Source of the DNA: Macrostomum hystrix
Lineage: Eukaryota; Animalia; Platyhelminthes
Direction of reading: 5' to 3'
DNA length: 64,000 nucleotides
Assembly: GCA_950097015.1 (NCBI GenBank)
Contig: CATNEN010000003.1
Span: forward strand, 2,046,001 to 2,110,000
The notes below the pieces were generated by a model. The model was given only the letters and a program-made list of their open reading frames with translations, was not told the DNA's origin and made no database searches. Each line of letters starts with the position of its first letter. Position 1 is the stretch's first letter. The position numbers were made by a program, and so were the translations under genes. Shown piece after piece: positions 23,801 through 36,762 of the stretch.

Positions 23801-25022
23801 TCGCGTACTCTCCGTTTCGTCGCTTTTGGAGACCTTTGGAGGTCTCGCTGCTGCTTTCGCCGACTTTGTACCAAATTATCGTGCTTCGTTGTTCAAGCTT
23901 TAGGGGCACTAATCTTTCCATGCAGTTGCAAGACATTTTGCTTTTCGGTGAGGTGTCGGTGAGGAGGCAGATTCGAGCGTACAAAGGATTTAAACACTTG
24001 TTACTACCGGTCTCATGGCAGTTATTTACTAGGTCCAAGTCAAGGACTCTAGAATTTCGAGATCTGGGCCCCATCTTACAATAGTAGAAAGAGGACGCGT
24101 TGAAAATTCATTAGACGCCAAAATCCTTAAGTTCTAATATGCGGTAACGCCTCATTAATTTAGCGAGGCGTCACGATGTAGAAATAATATGTGACGATTT
24201 ACTCGTAGACCCTGAGAACTCCCAGTTGAAAAGAGTTTAATCCGAACACACAGTCTGTTGAAGGAGTGAGTGGGACGGCAAGCGTGCGCGTATTTAAATC
24301 CGCGCCGAGCAGCACACTCAGACAATCACGCACTATTACGATTGTCGTTTGATCTCGGCCATAGAACTATCTCATAAACTATCGTCCTCTAATTCTAGAA
24401 GCTACGGGTTTCACTTAGACGCTTTAAAATAAATCTATGGGCATAATGCATGAATTATGCTAGCCAGATAGGGTGGATAAAGCTTGCGAAAAGAGAATTG
24501 GTTTTGCCTAATCGTTGGGGGTTAAAAAACAAGGCCTCATGTTGTAAAATAATCAAGCCAAGATTTTAGTTTCCGGTCCAGATGCTAGCTCGAGAATTCC
24601 ATGGTTCTGATCAGTGTTCAAAATGTCTATGGTTTAAAACCTCATGGACCAGTCGATATTGTAGACAAAGAATTGAAAGTGTCAAATTGTTGGCTTGTAC
24701 ACAATATTTGATTGTAAAAAAGTAATGCTTTTTGTTGATAAATTCATCGTATGTATTTAGTTTATTACAATATTTTAACTCAAAAAATGATTTGATTATT
24801 TAGAAAAATCTCTTTACCTTTTAATACGCTAATTATGTAAAGTCGTTTTAGTACTTATACGTTGTAGTGTTAAAAAATTGCGTAAAACTATACTTTTATA
24901 TTAAAAAAAGAGAGGACTCATGCGCGAAGCTAGTAGAGAAGTGTTAATAATGACCGAACAATGTTCTTTGTTATTCGCCCGAAAATCGAATCCAGATCAT
25001 CATTGAATTTAAGTCGAAGCTG

Positions 25023-25484
25023 TCACTCTTTTGGCGGCGGTACCACGGCCACTGGTCGATGAGCGTGGTGCAACACGTAGTCTGAGACGCTGCCTAGAAA
25101 TGTTCGCCTCATTGTGCCCAGACCTCGGTTGCCAACTAGAATAAGGTCGACCGCCTCCTCGTTGGCAATGTCAACAATGGCCGGGCCTACGCCGTGCGTC
25201 ATTCGTTCCAGAAAGCGCTGCTGATTCTTGAGCCCGATGCTGCAGCAGAAGTCGCGAGTTTTTGTTGCCAAGGCTTTGCCCTCCTCGATGCCGCGGGCGA
25301 TGCCGGCGCTGTAGGCCTCCGGAGTGGCCACCACGCTGTGGGCGAGCAGCGACATGGACGGCGGGTCGGTGATGAATACGAAGATCAGGAGGTCGTCCTG
25401 GTTGTTCATGTTCTCGGCGTACCAGCGCAGGGCGCGCCTGCTGTTGTCGCTGCCGTCCATGGCGATTAGAATTTTGCGCTTCAT
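25023..25484 (-). CDS. Universal stress protein (UspA-like domain), 153 aa, intronless CDS
   Basis: N-terminal ILIAMDGSDNSRRALRW, ATP-binding signature G-x2-G-x9-GS (VGNRGLGTMRRTFLGSVSDYVLHHAHRPVAVVP), open frame with stop. Confidence 0.93.
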   Translation of the reverse strand: MKRKILIAMDGSDNSRRALRWYAENMNNQDDLLIFVFITDPPSMSLLAHSVVATPEAYSAGIARGIEEGKALATKTRDFCCSIGLKNQQRFLERMTHGVGPAIVDIANEEAVDLILVGNRGLGTMRRTFLGSVSDYVLHHAHRPVAVVPPPKE

Positions 25485-25872
25485 GTCGCTGACGATCGGA
25501 AAAAGTCGGGTGGGGATGGAAGATCAGGGACTAAGATTGTTTGCTGTTTGAGAGACTGATGGAATCGCTACGTTGGGCCAGATGTGCAGCCGGTGGTCAC
25601 AGCCGCTGCTTTTGTTTGGCGTTTTCAAAGCCCGTGAACAGCATTTCAGTCCGTGGACTGTGGTTTATCACACAAGTTTGCGCGCTACCCACATGAATTT
25701 AACTAGTTTTGATAAGTAAAAACTCGAAGAGAATTGGGATTTCGACTATAATTGGGATTTCGACGAGAATCGGCAATTCGACGAGAATTATGATTTGTGC
25801 CATTATTGGGATCTCGACAATGGGATTTCAAGGAGAATTTGGATTTTACGAGAATTGGGATTTTGACGAGAC

Positions 25873-26732
25873 CTGGGATGCATGCTGGTCTTCTCTACGA
25901 GCGCGCCCTCAGGCTGCCGGCCGACAACCCGCTGCGCGAGTGTGCTGCCAGTGACGGCCCACGTCGCCGACTCCAGAGCGCCCGAGGCTGGCGCGAGAAG
26001 GCGATCGGCGTCTGCAACGCTTCAGGACTGAGCGGCTGCCCTCGCGAGCCCGTGGCAGCCATCCCGCAAACGCCTCCCTGGACTGATCTCGACGGCATGA
26101 ACCTTCGGACTGCGGCTGATCTCAACGACCGCCCGGAAGGACCCGCCCGAGTCCCGGAGGTCGGCGCTGTAGGCCTCCGGAGTGGCCACCACGCTGTGGG
26201 CGAGCAGCGACATGGACGGCGGGTCGGTGATGAACACGAAGATCAGGAGGTCGTCCTGGTTGTTCATGTTCTCGGCGTACCAGCGCAGGGCGCGCCTGCT
26301 GTTGTCGCTGCCGTCCATGGCGATTAGAATTTTGCGCTTCATGTCGCTGACGATCGGAAAATGTCGATCATCCAGTGACGTCTAGCTGGTGCTCATTGTG
26401 GAGGCCCTCAGCTCGCTAGCTTGGGATGCCGCCTGCACCGCGGGCCGCCTTCCACCGCCGCCGGCGAAGGAGCTCACCCGGCGACAAGAGCGACCAACTA
26501 CGCGCCGTCCGATGCCCGTCGCTGCGAGGCTTTCAGGCCACCATCAGCGAGGCCACCATATTTCGCCCAAGTGCCGCCTCTGTGGCGAGGGCGAGAAGAC
26601 GGCCGCCCACCTGCTCATTAACTACCCCGCCCTGACTGCCCATCGCTGCCCCAACCCGGAGCCCACGGCGGTTTTCGCTAACTACTCCGCTGTGCTGGGC
26701 CTCCTCCGATAAGAAGAAATAGAAGAAGAAGA
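25873..26732 (+). mobile_element. 5'-truncated, decayed non-LTR retrotransposon (I/Ingi-like) with (GAA)n tail, interrupted by a USP fragment
   Basis: Post-RT segment YERALRLPADNPLR..RRRL..WREKA..PPW; frameshifted C-terminus LTRRQE/QLRAVRCP and a degenerate zinc knuckle CRLCGEGEKTAAHLLINYPAL; tail AAGAAGAAATAGAAGAAGAAG. Clade assignment is by eye. Confidence 0.7.
26162..26361 (-). pseudogene. Truncated duplicate of the USP 5' end (first 60 codons plus 19 nt upstream)
   Basis: Matches 25304-25503 (offset 858 bp) with one visible synonymous substitution. Confidence 0.9.
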
Positions 26733-27479
26733 ATTGGGATTTCTACTTGAATTGAAATTTATATATATGCAGACGAAAACACTAGCTTTTTTTAGTTAAA
26801 ATGTGCGTGTACGTTTTCAGGTTTTAAAGAAAAGCCTTCCAGCCTTGACCTGATGCTTCTGCTGATTGATGAATGGCACAAGAAGATAATACTGCAGCTG
26901 TAACTCGCGCTCATTAAAGCGGTGACATGTCTGGAGAGTCTGACAAGCCGAATTCTCGAAACTCGGCCAACAATTAAGAAAATAGGAGGCTTTTATCCGA
27001 CTACTTTCAGGAATTTCCTGTGCTGGCGAATTTTGGGGATTTTTACCTGGTTAAATTAGGGGACTTCTATTCTGTAAATTTAGGGAATTTTTGTTTCAAT
27101 GGGATTTCTGTGAGGGGAACGGGAGAAAATCGATTAATTGATTAATATTAATCGAATCGCAGAAATCGATTAATAGATTATTGTCATTTAATAATCCAAA
27201 GCAGAACAGTAATTACTGTATATTCTAAAACACTTTATCCTAACTTCTTTTATCGATCGAAAAATCATTCTACTCTAATAGGAAAATGTCCCGATCGATT
27301 TAGGAAGAGATAATCTTCTGTCAGACAAAGTCAGACGAGGTTATAGAACGATCGTAGCTCCCACAGAGCAACTGCTTGACAAAAATTGCGTGTTGCTAAT
27401 CTGACAATCAATTTAGATTAGAAAGAAGGTCGCTTGACCCTTCTATGTCACACAACTAAACGCCACATGCAACTCTAGA

Positions 27480-27920
27480 TTCTGAAAGGATTATGAGAGG
27501 ATTCTGAAGGGATTCTGAAGGGATTCTGCAAGGATTCCGTAAGAATTCTGAGTGGATTCTGAGAGGATTCTATGTGGATTCTGAGAGGATTCTATGTGGA
27601 TTCTGAGAGGATTCTATATGGATTCTGAGAGGATTCTATATGGATTCTGAGAGGATTCTATGTGGATTCTGAGAGGATTGGATGTGGATTCTGAGGATTC
27701 TGTAAGGATTCTGAAAGGATTCTTAGACGATTCTGAGTGGATTCTGATTGTATTCTGAGAGGATTCTGAGGGGATTCATTTAGGATTCTTTAGATACTTT
27801 ATTGGGATTTTTAGGATTCTTTGAAGATTCTTTGAGACTTTTTTTAGTTTTTTGAGGATTCCTTAAGGATTCTGTAATGATTCTGCGATTTCTGTGAGGG
27901 TTTGCAAGGATTCTTTGAGA
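27480..27920. repeat. Degenerate 11-12-bp GGATTCT-based tandem repeat
   Basis: GGATTCTGAGA / GGATTCTATGT units alternate. Confidence 0.85.
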
Positions 27921-28344
27921 TTTTAATCCCCAATCTAAAAATGTCTGTATGGCTGGCGGTCCCTGTCAGGTAGTGATGGTTAAATCCATTATCAATTATC
28001 ACTGGTGTTTTTTCACTATAGCTAGCTTTGAAATCAGTGCTATCACTTCCTTGTCGCCACAATTTTTGTGTCAGCTGACTTCTAGAAGCAGGTGGAAAAT
28101 GTGTTTGTTGCCAAGGGGTAACTCCGATGTCTTAGTTGTCACTGTGTTGTTTTAACTTAACTCTTTTGTCGCGGGATTAGTCACGATTTGTTTAATCAAT
28201 GCGAGGGCACGTGCTCAAAATTGTTGGGCAGCTGTGTGAACTTTGAGAAGGAATTTATGTTAATTTCTGAAAATTAATACATTGTCTGCGATCCGTACGC
28301 TGACAGAGCTGCCTCAAAAAAGGACACAGTGAAACAGATAAGTT

Positions 28345-28985
<641 letters not shown>

Positions 28986-29659
28986 ATTGATATAGTTTTT
29001 GAGCAATATATATAGTACGTACTTACCAGCACAAAATACTTGGGATACAAATTTACAGTTACTTTCGAGTAATCAGTTTCGGCCACAATCTAAACTGGCC
29101 GTATAAAGCTAGACTCTGTTATTACGCATCCACACACAATTCAGGCCACACGCAGAAACCCCAGCCCCAACCCAAATCCCAAGTCTCATTGGACGGTCAA
29201 CGGTCGGTGGGAGATGAGAAGAAGATTTTAGGGATCGAAAATATCGGATCGCGGGAGGATGAGGTTGAAGGAGGGAGAGAATGAGAGAGGAGAGGAGGAG
29301 AGTAGCGGAAGTAGGGGAAGGTTAGTTGCTAGGCAGAGTGTACACAACATGGCTGAATGGACAGTCAGTACATGAGGTTGTCTGTACCGATCCAGGACAT
29401 GACTGAAATCCCATTCCCAGCGTGAAGATGATATTTCGAACCGCATGCAAAAGCACACTTTCACAAACTGTCAAAGGACACACGAATGCACACATTTGCA
29501 AGAGGAATCGGCATTGGGAATCACTGCATGTAGCATCTTCTGCCTGCTTGCATCCGCTGACAGTTATCGATTGAATCAAAAATCCATTCAGTCCTTTTGA
29601 TGTATCCTGCACTGATTTTCGCTTGCTTTTTTATAAATGAAATTCACTCGCAAGTCCGA

Positions 29660-31642
29660 CCCTCACTCTTTCTCCCCGAACTCTCTCTTTCTCCCCTCAC
29701 TCTCTCTCTTTCTCCCCTCGATCTCTCTCTCTTTCTCCCCTCACTCTGTCTCTCCTTCTCCCCGAACTCTCTCTCTTTCTCCCCTCACTCTGTCTCTCTT
29801 TCTCCCCTCACTCTGTCTCTCCTTCTCCCCTCACTCTCTCTCTCTTTCTCTCCTCACTCTGTCTCTCCTTCTCCCCGAACTCTCTCTCTTTCTCCCCTCA
29901 CTCTATCTCTCCTTCTCCCCGAACTCTCTCTCTTTCTCCCCTCACTCTGTCAATCTTTCTCCCCTCACTCTGTCTCTCCTTCTCCCCGAACTCTCTCTCT
30001 CTTTCTCTCCTCACTCTGTCTCTCCTTCTCCCCGAACTCTCTCTCTTTCTCCCCGAACTCTCTCTTTCTCCTCTCTCTCTCTCTCTCTTTCTCCCCTCAC
30101 TGTCTCTCCTTCTCCCCGAACTCTCTCTCTTTCTCCCCGAACTCTCTCTCTTTCTCCCCTCACTCTGTCTCTCTTTCTCCCCTAACTCTCTCTCTTTCTC
30201 CCTCACTCTCTCTTTCTCCCCTCACTCTCTCTCTTTCTCCCCTCACTCTGTCTCTTTCTCCCCTCACTCTCTCTCTTTCTCCCCGAACTCTCTCTCTTTC
30301 TCCCCGAACTCTCTCTTTCTCCCCTCACTCTCTCTCTCTTTCTCCCCTCACTCTGTCTCTCCTTCTCCCCTCACTCTCTCTCTTTCTCCCCTCACTCTGT
30401 CTCTCCTGCTCCCCGAACTCTCTCTCTTTCTCCCCGAACTCTCTCTTTCTCCCCTCTCTCTCTCTCTCTTTCTCCCCTCACTCTGTCTCTCCTTCTCCCC
30501 GAACTCTCTCTCTTTCTCCCCGAACTCTCTCTCTTTCTCCCCTCGATCTCTCTCTCTTTCTCCCCTCACTCTGTCTCTCCTTCTCCCCTCACTCTCTCTC
30601 TTTCTCCCCTCACTCTCTCTCTCTTTCTCCCCTCACTCTGTCTCTCCTTCTCCCCGAACTCTCTCTCTTTCTCTCCTCACTCTGTCTCTCCTTCTCCCCG
30701 AACTCTCTCTCTTTCTCCCCTCACTCTGTCTCTCCTTCTCCCCGAACTCTCTCTCTTTCTCCCCTCACTCTGTCTCTCTTTCTCCCCTCACTCTGTCTCT
30801 CCTTCTCCCCGAACTCTCTCTCTTTCTCCCCGAACTCTCTCTTTCTCCCCTCACTCTCTCTCTCTTTCTCCCCTCACTCTGTCTCTCCTTCTCCCCTCAC
30901 TCTCTCTCTTTCTCTCCTCACTCTCTCTCTCTCCTTCTCCCCGAACTCTCTCTCTTTCTCCCCTCACTCTGTCTCTCCTTCTCCCCGAACTCTCTCTCTC
31001 TTTCTCTCCTCACTCTGTCTCTCCTTCTCCCCGAACTCTCTCTCTTTCTCCCCTCACTCTCTCTTTCTCCCCTCACTCTGTCTCTCCTTCTCCCCGAACT
31101 CTCTCTCTTTCTCCCCGAACTCTCTCTTTCTCCCCTCACTCTCTCTCTCTTTCTCCCCTCACTCTGTCTCTCCTTCTCCCCGAACTCTCTCTCTTTCTCC
31201 CCGAACTCTCTCTTTCTCCCCTCACTCTCTCTCTCTTTCTCCCCTCACTCTGTCTCTCCTTCTCCCCGAACTCTCTCTCTTTCTCCCCGAACTCTCTCTT
31301 TCTCCCCTCTCTCTCTCTCTCTTTCTCCCCTCACTGTCTCTCCTTCTCCCCGAACTCTCTCTCTTTCTCCCCGAACTCTCTCTCTTTCTCCCCTCACTCT
31401 CTCTCTCTTTCTCCCCTAACTCTCTCTCTTTCTCCCTCACTCTCTCTTTCTCCCCTCACTCTCTCTCTTTCTCCCCTCACTCTGTCTCTTTCTCCCCTCA
31501 CTCTCTCTCTTTCTCCCCTCACTCTGTCTCTTTCTCCCCTCACTCTCTCTCTTTCTCCCCTAACTCTCTCTGTCTTTCTCCCCTCACTCTCTCTTTCTTT
31601 CTCCCCTCACTCTCTCTTTCTTTCTCCCCTCACTCTCTCTCT
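29660..31642. repeat. Compound pyrimidine-rich repeat (TTCTCCCCTCACTCTCTCTC / TTCTCCCCGAACTCTCTC), about 2 kb
   Basis: Directly visible; source of the spurious 693-aa S/L/P ORF. Confidence 0.95.
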
Positions 31643-32207
31643 GTGAAGGTGCTAACAGGCAAGAATTGTCTCCAATAAACTAAAGGCTAGCCACATTTCT
31701 TCACCAAGTGCCGATAAATGCACCGGGTCAAGTCACGTGCTGCGGTGCCTGACAAAAGCAATCAATTTTTTTCAGCAAGCCATTTCTTCGTCTGCTCTCT
31801 CTTTGACCTCTTCTTTGGGGCAGGATTTTCGGGACACGGTTGAATTTATGGATGGAACAGATAAAATCTGCCTCCCTTCCGCTGTCTCTAGGCTCAAAAT
31901 AATCCCCCCTTAGAGACTAATCCATATTAACCTAAGTCCAGTGGCGACTATAGCCCAGCTTCTGAACCTCATCTCTAAACTGACTGAAAAATATCAGATG
32001 AACTTCCTTTCCCCCATCCAAAAATCCCTTTCGGAGCTATGATTAAGACACGGCGTGTGCTTTATTTCTGGGACAAGCCAAATAAATTTAATTTCGATGC
32101 AAAGGTAAAATATACTTTTGAGCTACTTAAAGTAGTATAAAGTGTTAATGTATTTAATAGACGAAGAAAACGAATACTTGCAACAAAAAATCTGAAAATT
32201 CTGAATA

Positions 32208-34200
32208 TGATCATGATCCCCAATCTCTGAGGACTCTGTATGGGATCATGATCCCCAATCTCTGAGGATTCTGAATGGGATCATGATCCCCAATCTCTGA
32301 GGATTCAGTATGGGATCATGATCCCCAATCTCTGAGGACTCTGTATGGGATCATGATCCCCAATCTCTGAGGATTCAGTATGGGATCATGATCGCCAATC
32401 TCTGAGGATTCAGTATGGGATCATGATCCCAATCTCTGAGGATTCAGTACGGGATCATGATCCCCGATCTCTGAGGATTCAGTACGGGATCATGATCTCC
32501 AATCTCTGAGGATTCTGTATGGGATCATGATCCCCAATCTCTGAGGACTCTGTATGGGATCATGATCGCGAATCTCTGAGGATTCAGTATGGGATCCTGA
32601 TCGCGAATCTCTGGGGATTCAGTATGGGATCATGATCCCCAGTCTCTGAGGATTCAGTACGGGATCATGATCTCCAATCTCTGAGGATTCTGAATGGGAT
32701 CATAATCTCCAATCTCTGAGGATTCTGAATGGGATCATGATCCCCAATCTCTGAGGACTCTGTATGGGATCATGATCGCGAATCTCTGGGGATTCAGTAT
32801 GGGATCATGATCCCCAATCTCTGAGGACTCTGTATGGGATCATGATCCCCAATCTCTGAGGATTCTGAATGGGATCATGATCGCGAATCTCTGGGGATTC
32901 AGTATGGGATCATTGTGGTGACGTGGCTCTGTTTGCGGCTGGCTAAGGCAGGTGTGTTGTGCACCTGCCCGGCACGTATCCAATTTTGGAATGTACGTGT
33001 GTTGATGTACGTGCTTTTAAACCTTCTATCCAATGTGCATGCGTGGAGTCTGCTATCGATTTTAAAATAAAATAAAATATAATAGTCGCTGTGTCATCGC
33101 GTTTGGTAGTAGAGATCGTTCTACAATCTTAAGTGAAGTCTTTACAATCATGATCCCCAATCTCTGAGGATTCTGAATGGGATCATGATCCCAATCTCTG
33201 AGGATTCAGTACGGGATCATGATCCCCAATCTCTGAGGATTCAGTATGGGATCATGATCCCAATCTCTGAGGATTCAGTACGGGATCATGATCCCCAATC
33301 TCTGAGGATTCAGTACGGGATCATGATCCCCAATCTCTGAAGATTCAGTATGGGATCATGATCCCCAATCTCTGAGGATTCAGTATGGGATCATGATCCC
33401 CAATCTCTGAGGATTCAGTATGGGATCATGATCCCCAATCTCTGAGGATTCAGTATGGGATCATGATCCCAATCTCTGAGGATTCAGTACGGGATCATGA
33501 TCCCCGATCTCTGAGGATTCAGTAAGGGATCATGATCTCCAATCTCTGAGGATTCTGAATGGGATCATGATCCCCAATCTCTGAGGACTCTGTATGGGAT
33601 CATGATCGCGAATCTCTGGGGATTCAGTATGGGATCATGATCCCCAATCTCTGATGACTCTGTATGGGATCATGATCCCCAATCTCTGAGGATTCTGAAT
33701 GGGATCATGATCGCGAATCTCTGGGGATTCAGTATGGGATCATGATCCCAGTCTCTGAGGATTCAGTATGGGATCATGATCCCCAATCTCTGAGGATTCT
33801 GAATGGGATCATGATCCCAATCTCTGAGGATTCAGTACGGGATCATGATCCCCAATCTCTGAAGATTCAGTATGGGATCATGATCCCCAATCTCTGAGGA
33901 TTCAGTATGGGATCATGATCCCCAATCTCTGAGGATTCTGAATGGGATCATGATCCCAATCTCTGAGGATTCAGTACGGGATCATGATCCCCAATCTCTG
34001 AGGATTCAGTATGGGATCATGATCCCCAATCTCTGAGGATTCTGAATGGGATCATGATCCCAATCTCTGAGGATTCAGTACGGGATCATGATCCCCAATC
34101 TCTGAAGATTCAGTATGGGATCATGATCCCCAATCTCTGAGGATTCAGTACGGGATCATGATCCCCAATCTCTGAGGATTCAGTATGGGATCATGATCCC
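32208..34200. repeat. 35-bp minisatellite containing the palindrome GGGATCATGATCCC, about 50 copies
   Basis: Unit GGGATCATGATCCCCAATCTCTGAGGATTCAGTAT; interrupted once by a solo LTR. Confidence 0.95.
32914..33146 (+). mobile_element. Short solo LTR (233 bp) inserted into the 35-bp array
   Basis: TGT...ACA termini, 5-bp TSD ATCAT (32909-32913 and 33147-33151), internal AATAAA; the array resumes in register. Confidence 0.8.
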
Positions 34201-34917
34201 ACATCTATGTGTCCAAGCTCCAAAATGTCTCATCTCTATATTGGATTAGGATACCACAAGCAGTTCCCGGATTCAAATATTTATACTTTTCCAAAAGCAT
34301 TTTAAGGTCGAATCGAAAACTCGGTAAACTAGGTATTTCTGGCCAAAGAAAGTTTCTTGCGGGACAGGAAATTCCAGGTCCCACTATCAAACCAAATCAG
34401 GTCCGCCATCCTGATGGCCACAAATCCGCTGTTTAGAGTCCTTTCTGCTGATTTTTCCTGGCAACTATCCAGTCATAGCTTGAAACCGGGCCTTGATTCG
34501 AACTGGTAATCGTTTCAGATTATTAAGATTATCAAGATTTCAGATCAGAGAATCATTAACATTGAATTATTCATTATTAAAATGCTTTGCTTGAAAGTGA
34601 TTTATTTAAATTATAGACTTTTGGTCCCAGCAGAATGCCGAACTTGAAGTAAAACACGATTTGGCTTTTGATTGATTAAGTTGGCTAATTTCTAATTAGA
34701 TAGAATTTGCATAGCCAGATATCGATCCTAATTTGGGTCTATAAAAGCTTCCACAACTTAAAAAAAAGATGCTCTGAAATTCTTACGAAAAGAAACATTT
34801 TCAGCGATTGCTTGGTTTGCAAGGCTCATTTAAAACTAACTTGCTTAGAATTGAAATTAACTTTGCTATAGGTAAGTGCCTTCATTACAAGGTAGTGCGG
34901 TTTTGGTGATTAGACAA

Positions 34918-36350
34918 TGAGAGAGAAGAGAGGTGAGAGAGAAGAGAGGTGAAAGAGAAGAGAGGTGAGAGAGAAGAGAGGTGAGAGAGAAGAGAGGTGA
35001 GAGAAGAAGAGAGGTGAGAGAGAAGAGAGGTGAGAGAAGAAGAGAGGTGAGAGAGAAGAGAGGTGAGAGAGAAGAGAGGTGAGAGAAGAAGAGAGGTGAG
35101 AGAAGAAGAGAGGTGAGAGAAGAAGAGAGGTGAGAGAAGAAGAGAGGTGAGAGAAGAGAGGTGAGAGAAGAAGAGAGGTGAGAGAAGAAGAGAGGTGAGA
35201 GAAGAAGAGAGGTGAGAGAAGAAGAGAGGTGAGAGAAGAGAGGTGAGAGAAGAAGAGAGGTGAGAGAAGAAGAGAGGTGAGAGAAGAAGAGAGGTGAGAG
35301 AAGAGAGGTGAGAGAAGAAGAGAGGTGAGAGAAGAAGAGAGGTGAGAGAAGAAGAGAGGTGAGAGAAGAAGAGAGGTGAGAGAAGAAGAGAGGTGAGAGA
35401 AGAGAGGTGAGAGAAGAAGAGAGGTGAGAGAAGAAGAGAGGTGAGAGAAGAAGAGAGGTGAGAGAAGAAGAGAGGTGAGAGAAGAAGAGAGGTGAGAGAG
35501 AAGAGAGGTGAGAGAAGAAGAGAGGTGAGAGAAGAGAGGTGAGAGAAGAAGAGAGGTGAGAGAAGAGAGGTGAGAGAAGAAGAGAGGTGAGAGAAGAAGA
35601 GAGGTGAGAGAAGAGAGGTGAGAGAAGAAGAGAGGTGAGAGAAGAAGAGAGGTGAGAGAAGAAGAGAGGTGAGAGAAGAAGAGAGGTGAGAGAAGAGAGG
35701 TGAGAGAAGAAGAGAGGTGAGAGAAGAAGAGAGGTGAGAGAAGAAGAGAGGTGAGAGAAGAAGAGAGGTGAGAGAAGAGAGGTGAGAGAAGAAGAGAGGT
35801 GAGAGAAGAAGAGAGGTGAGAGAAGAAGAGAGGTGAGAGAAGAAGAGAGGTGAGAGAAGAGAGGTGAGAGAAGAAGAGAGGTGAGAGAAGAAGAGAGGTG
35901 AGAGAAGAAGAGAGGTGAGAGAAGAAGAGAGGTGAGAGAAGAAGAGAGGTGAGAGAAGAGAGGTGAGAGAAGAAGAGAGGTGAGAGAAGAAGAGAGGTGA
36001 GAGAAGAAGAGAGGTGAGAGAAGAAGAGAGGTGAGAGAAGAGAGGTGAGAGAAGAAGAGAGGTGAGAGAAGAAGAGAGGTGAGAGAAGAGAGGTGAGAGA
36101 AGAAGAGAGGTGAGAGAAGAAGAGAGGTGAGAGAAGAAGAGAGGTGAGAGAGAAGAGAGGTGAGAGAAGAAGAGAGGTGAGAGAGAAGAGAGGTGAGAGA
36201 AGAAGAGAGGTGAGAGAAGAAGAGAGGTGAGAAAAGAAGAGAGGTGAGAGAGAAGAGAGAGGTGAGAGAGAAGAGAGAGGTGAGAGAAGAAGAGAGGGGA
36301 GAGAAGAAGAGAGACGAGAGAAAAAAAGGTGAGAGTGAGGAGAGGGGAGA
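34918..36350. repeat. Purine-rich 14-17-bp repeat (GAGGTGAGAGAAGAAGA)n
   Basis: Directly visible. Confidence 0.95.
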
Positions 36351-36762
36351 GAGCAGGAAGGTTAGGAGCGGTGTTCTCACCTCCTTGCCACCCGTTTTGA
36401 ATTTCAGACAGCGGAAAGTGTACACGGCACATTGAAGAATTGTCTGGCGCATTGAGCGCGCTATGCTGGCCTAGAGATGCTGCTGAAAGTGCTAGTTATC
36501 ATGATCAAGGCCACTCAGTCGTTTTCAAAGCACAAATCTGTTGTGAATCAGAATTCTGTAGTCAACAAGAAGTGAGCTCTGTTGTATTAACAATAATTAC
36601 ATTTTCATATTGACTATAGTTATATTCACTTATAGGACTAGAACAGGCGACAATTATAAACAGTGATAAAAAGGGGTGACTCACTAAGAGAGTAGGAGTG
36701 GGAGGTGGAAATTCAGAAGGGGTAAACTGATTGATTAGGACATTAATATAGAGGAAGACCGA

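Noticed and set aside
25023-25484. Bacterial contamination or recent horizontal transfer of USP
   Set aside because: It is flanked by eukaryotic TEs, its GC-rich codon style matches the plastin and GLS exons, there is no operon context, and USPs are native to several invertebrate phyla; only a phylogeny could revive the idea.
27110-27300. ATCGATTAAT clusters resembling hAT subterminal repeats
   Set aside because: No matching second terminus or TSD could be identified.
27941-27969. Another phase-2 ATG mini-exon (MSVWLAVPV-R)
   Set aside because: The donor GTAGTG is weak and there is no basic cluster; compatible with chance.
32208-34200. CRISPR-like array (35-bp palindromic repeats; also the 29-46-bp arrays elsewhere)
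   Set aside because: The units are contiguous without unique spacers, no cas genes are present and the context is eukaryotic; the single unique insert is a solo LTR with a TSD.
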